Shown piece by piece: positions 62,729 through 64,000 of a stretch of 64,000 bases of DNA (positions are counted from its first letter, which is position 1; every line of letters begins with the position of its first letter). Source of the stretch: an uncultured Candidatus Saccharibacteria bacterium (GTDB lineage: Bacteria > Patescibacteriota > Saccharimonadia > Saccharimonadales > JAGQNJ01). The notes below the pieces were generated by a model. It searched no databases. It had not been told where the DNA came from and saw only the letters and a list, made by a program, of their open reading frames with translations. Both the position numbers and the translations under genes were made by a program. The stretch covers positions 450,208-514,207 of the forward strand of contig OZ246406.1 in the NCBI GenBank assembly GCA_965231045.1. The letters are read 5' to 3'.

Positions 62729-64000
62729 ATGGAAACATCTAATCAGAAGATTGGTCACTTAATTTACCAGATACGACAAGAGAGAGGCTTAACCCAAGCC
62801 GACTTTGCCAGACAACTGGGCACGAGCCAATCTGCAGTTAATCGAATTGAGCACGGGCGACAAAATATGAGTATTGAAATGCTCGGCCGTATTAGCGATG
62901 TGCTTAATAAACCACTAATCAGCATTAGTAGCGGAGCCGTTAATCTACGTATTGAAGGTGGTCGTGAACTCAGCGGTGAAATTACCCTTAAAACTTCCAA
63001 GAACGCAACCGTTGCCTTGCTTTGTGCCAGTTTACTTAACAAAGGTACTACCAAGCTCAAGAAAGTTCCGCGAATCGAGGAAGTAAATCGTATCATCGAA
63101 GTTCTGAAAAGTATCGATGTATCGGTTAGATGGCTTCCAAACAACACGCTAGAAATTAAGCCGCCAACCAAATTTGATCTAGAAAAAATGGATAAAAACG
63201 CGGCTCGCAAAACAAGAACTGTGATCATGTTTATCGGTCCATTAATGCACCACTTGAAACGATTTCAAATTCCGTATGCCGGTGGTTGTGAACTAGGTCG
63301 GCGAACTGTACTGCCACATTTGTATGCACTAGAAGAATTTGGCGCCGAAGTTTTGACTAAATCTGGTCACTATAACGTCATAGTTAATAAACAACAGCCG
63401 AAGCGCGATGTAATTCTATATGAATCAGGTGATACAACTACAGAAAATGCCTTGATGGCTGCCGCAGGCTTTGAAGGCGAAACAATTATAAAAATGGCCA
63501 GTGCTAACTATATGGTTCAGGACCTATGTTTCTTCCTTAAAAAACTTGGTGTCAAAATTGACGGTATTGGCACAACTACGTTGCGTGTTCGTGGGGTTAA
63601 TAACATAAAGAAAAATGTCACCTACTCGCCTTCTGAAGATCCGGTAGAAGCCATGACATTTGTTGCGGCGGCTATAACAACGGATTCTCAGGTTACTATT
63701 CGACGTGTGCCGATTGATTTTATGGAGCTTGAATTATTAAAGCTTGAAAAAATGGGTCTTAAGTATGCCCATGGCCAAAAGTACAAAGCTGATAACGGAC
63801 AAACCGATCTTGTTGATCTGACAATCCACAAACATCACGGCGAGTTGGTAGCTGCCCAAGAAAAAATCTACGGGCGTCCCTTCCCAGGTGTAAATATCGA
63901 CCATGTTCCTTACTTTGTACCGATTGCAGCTATAGCCAAAGGGCGTACTTTGATTCATGACTGGGTATATGAAGATCGAGCTTTGATGTACACCGAGATG
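62729..64000 (+). CDS. murA: UDP-N-acetylglucosamine 1-carboxyvinyltransferase with N-terminal XRE-type HTH fusion (3' end cut by window edge)
   Basis: Not in the ORF track because it runs off the window. My translation is METSNQKIGHLIYQIRQERGLTQADFARQLGTSQSAVNRIEHGRQNMSIEML (HTH), then LRIEGGRELSGEITLKTSKNATVALLCASLL...PYAGGCELGRR (catalytic Cys loop). Confidence 0.8.
   Translation, partial: METSNQKIGHLIYQIRQERGLTQADFARQLGTSQSAVNRIEHGRQNMSIEMLGRISDVLNKPLISISSGAVNLRIEGGRELSGEITLKTSKNATVALLCASLLNKGTTKLKKVPRIEEVNRIIEVLKSIDVSVRWLPNNTLEIKPPTKFDLEKMDKNAARKTRTVIMFIGPLMHHLKRFQIPYAGGCELGRRTVLPHLYALEEFGAEVLTKSGHYNVIVNKQQPKRDVILYESGDTTTENALMAAAGFEGETIIKMASANYMVQDLCFFLKKLGVKIDGIGTTTLRVRGVNNIKKNVTYSPSEDPVEAMTFVAAAITTDSQVTIRRVPIDFMELELLKLEKMGLKYAHGQKYKADNGQTDLVDLTIHKHHGELVAAQEKIYGRPFPGVNIDHVPYFVPIAAIAKGRTLIHDWVYEDRALMYTEM

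Noticed and set aside
1-64000. Alternative genetic code (UGA recoding, as in some CPR lineages)
   Set aside because: Conserved genes such as typA, pgk, glyA and pcrA are full length in the standard code, and some genes terminate at UGA (for example the 7727 stop and the pcrA stop). There is no evidence for recoding.

Overview
This is a gene-dense 64-kb chromosomal window with about 63 protein genes (mostly on the minus strand), one tmRNA and three tRNAs that all encode CCA. It reads in the standard genetic code.

Housekeeping content:
- typA and a DEAD-box helicase
- rsmA and pcrA
- the glycolytic run pyk-pgk-tpiA
- peptidoglycan genes murD, murI, murB and an HTH-murA fusion
- folate genes folD, folA, folC and glyA
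- an NDH-2 / FAD-oxidase / DoxX block
- an mprF-like gene
- a sortase/LPXTG surface-protein cluster
- many small TM-anchored hypothetical proteins

This fits a reduced, Gram-positive-like genome such as Saccharibacteria/CPR. That assignment is inference only.

Accessory content:
- A Type I R-M cassette (hsdR convergent with a fused hsdM-hsdS) carries a nested Panacea(DUF4065)/RelE-like TA pair.
- A histidine-kinase operon is co-transcribed with an AdoMetDC-like pyruvoyl enzyme and an Acetyltransf_5-like acyltransferase, next to an ABC exporter.
- Divergent [soluble DUF2156 | stand-alone receiver] modules are duplicated.

The most unusual signals lie outside the ORFs:
1. All four tRNA/tmRNA genes are followed by an insert that opens with its own intrinsic terminator. 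Each insert ends in an exact 11-19-nt direct repeat of the gene's 3' end. The inserts are 111, 131, 153 and 740 bp.
2. A dispersed, G+C-rich, hairpin-dense intergenic repeat family has at least five to six copies. Two copies form diverged inverted repeats that bracket the R-M cassette. One copy is the insert behind tRNA-Glu, and one splits pgk from tpiA.

No CRISPR array, rRNA, transposase or integrase gene is visible in the window. All repeat alignments were made by eye and need computational confirmation.
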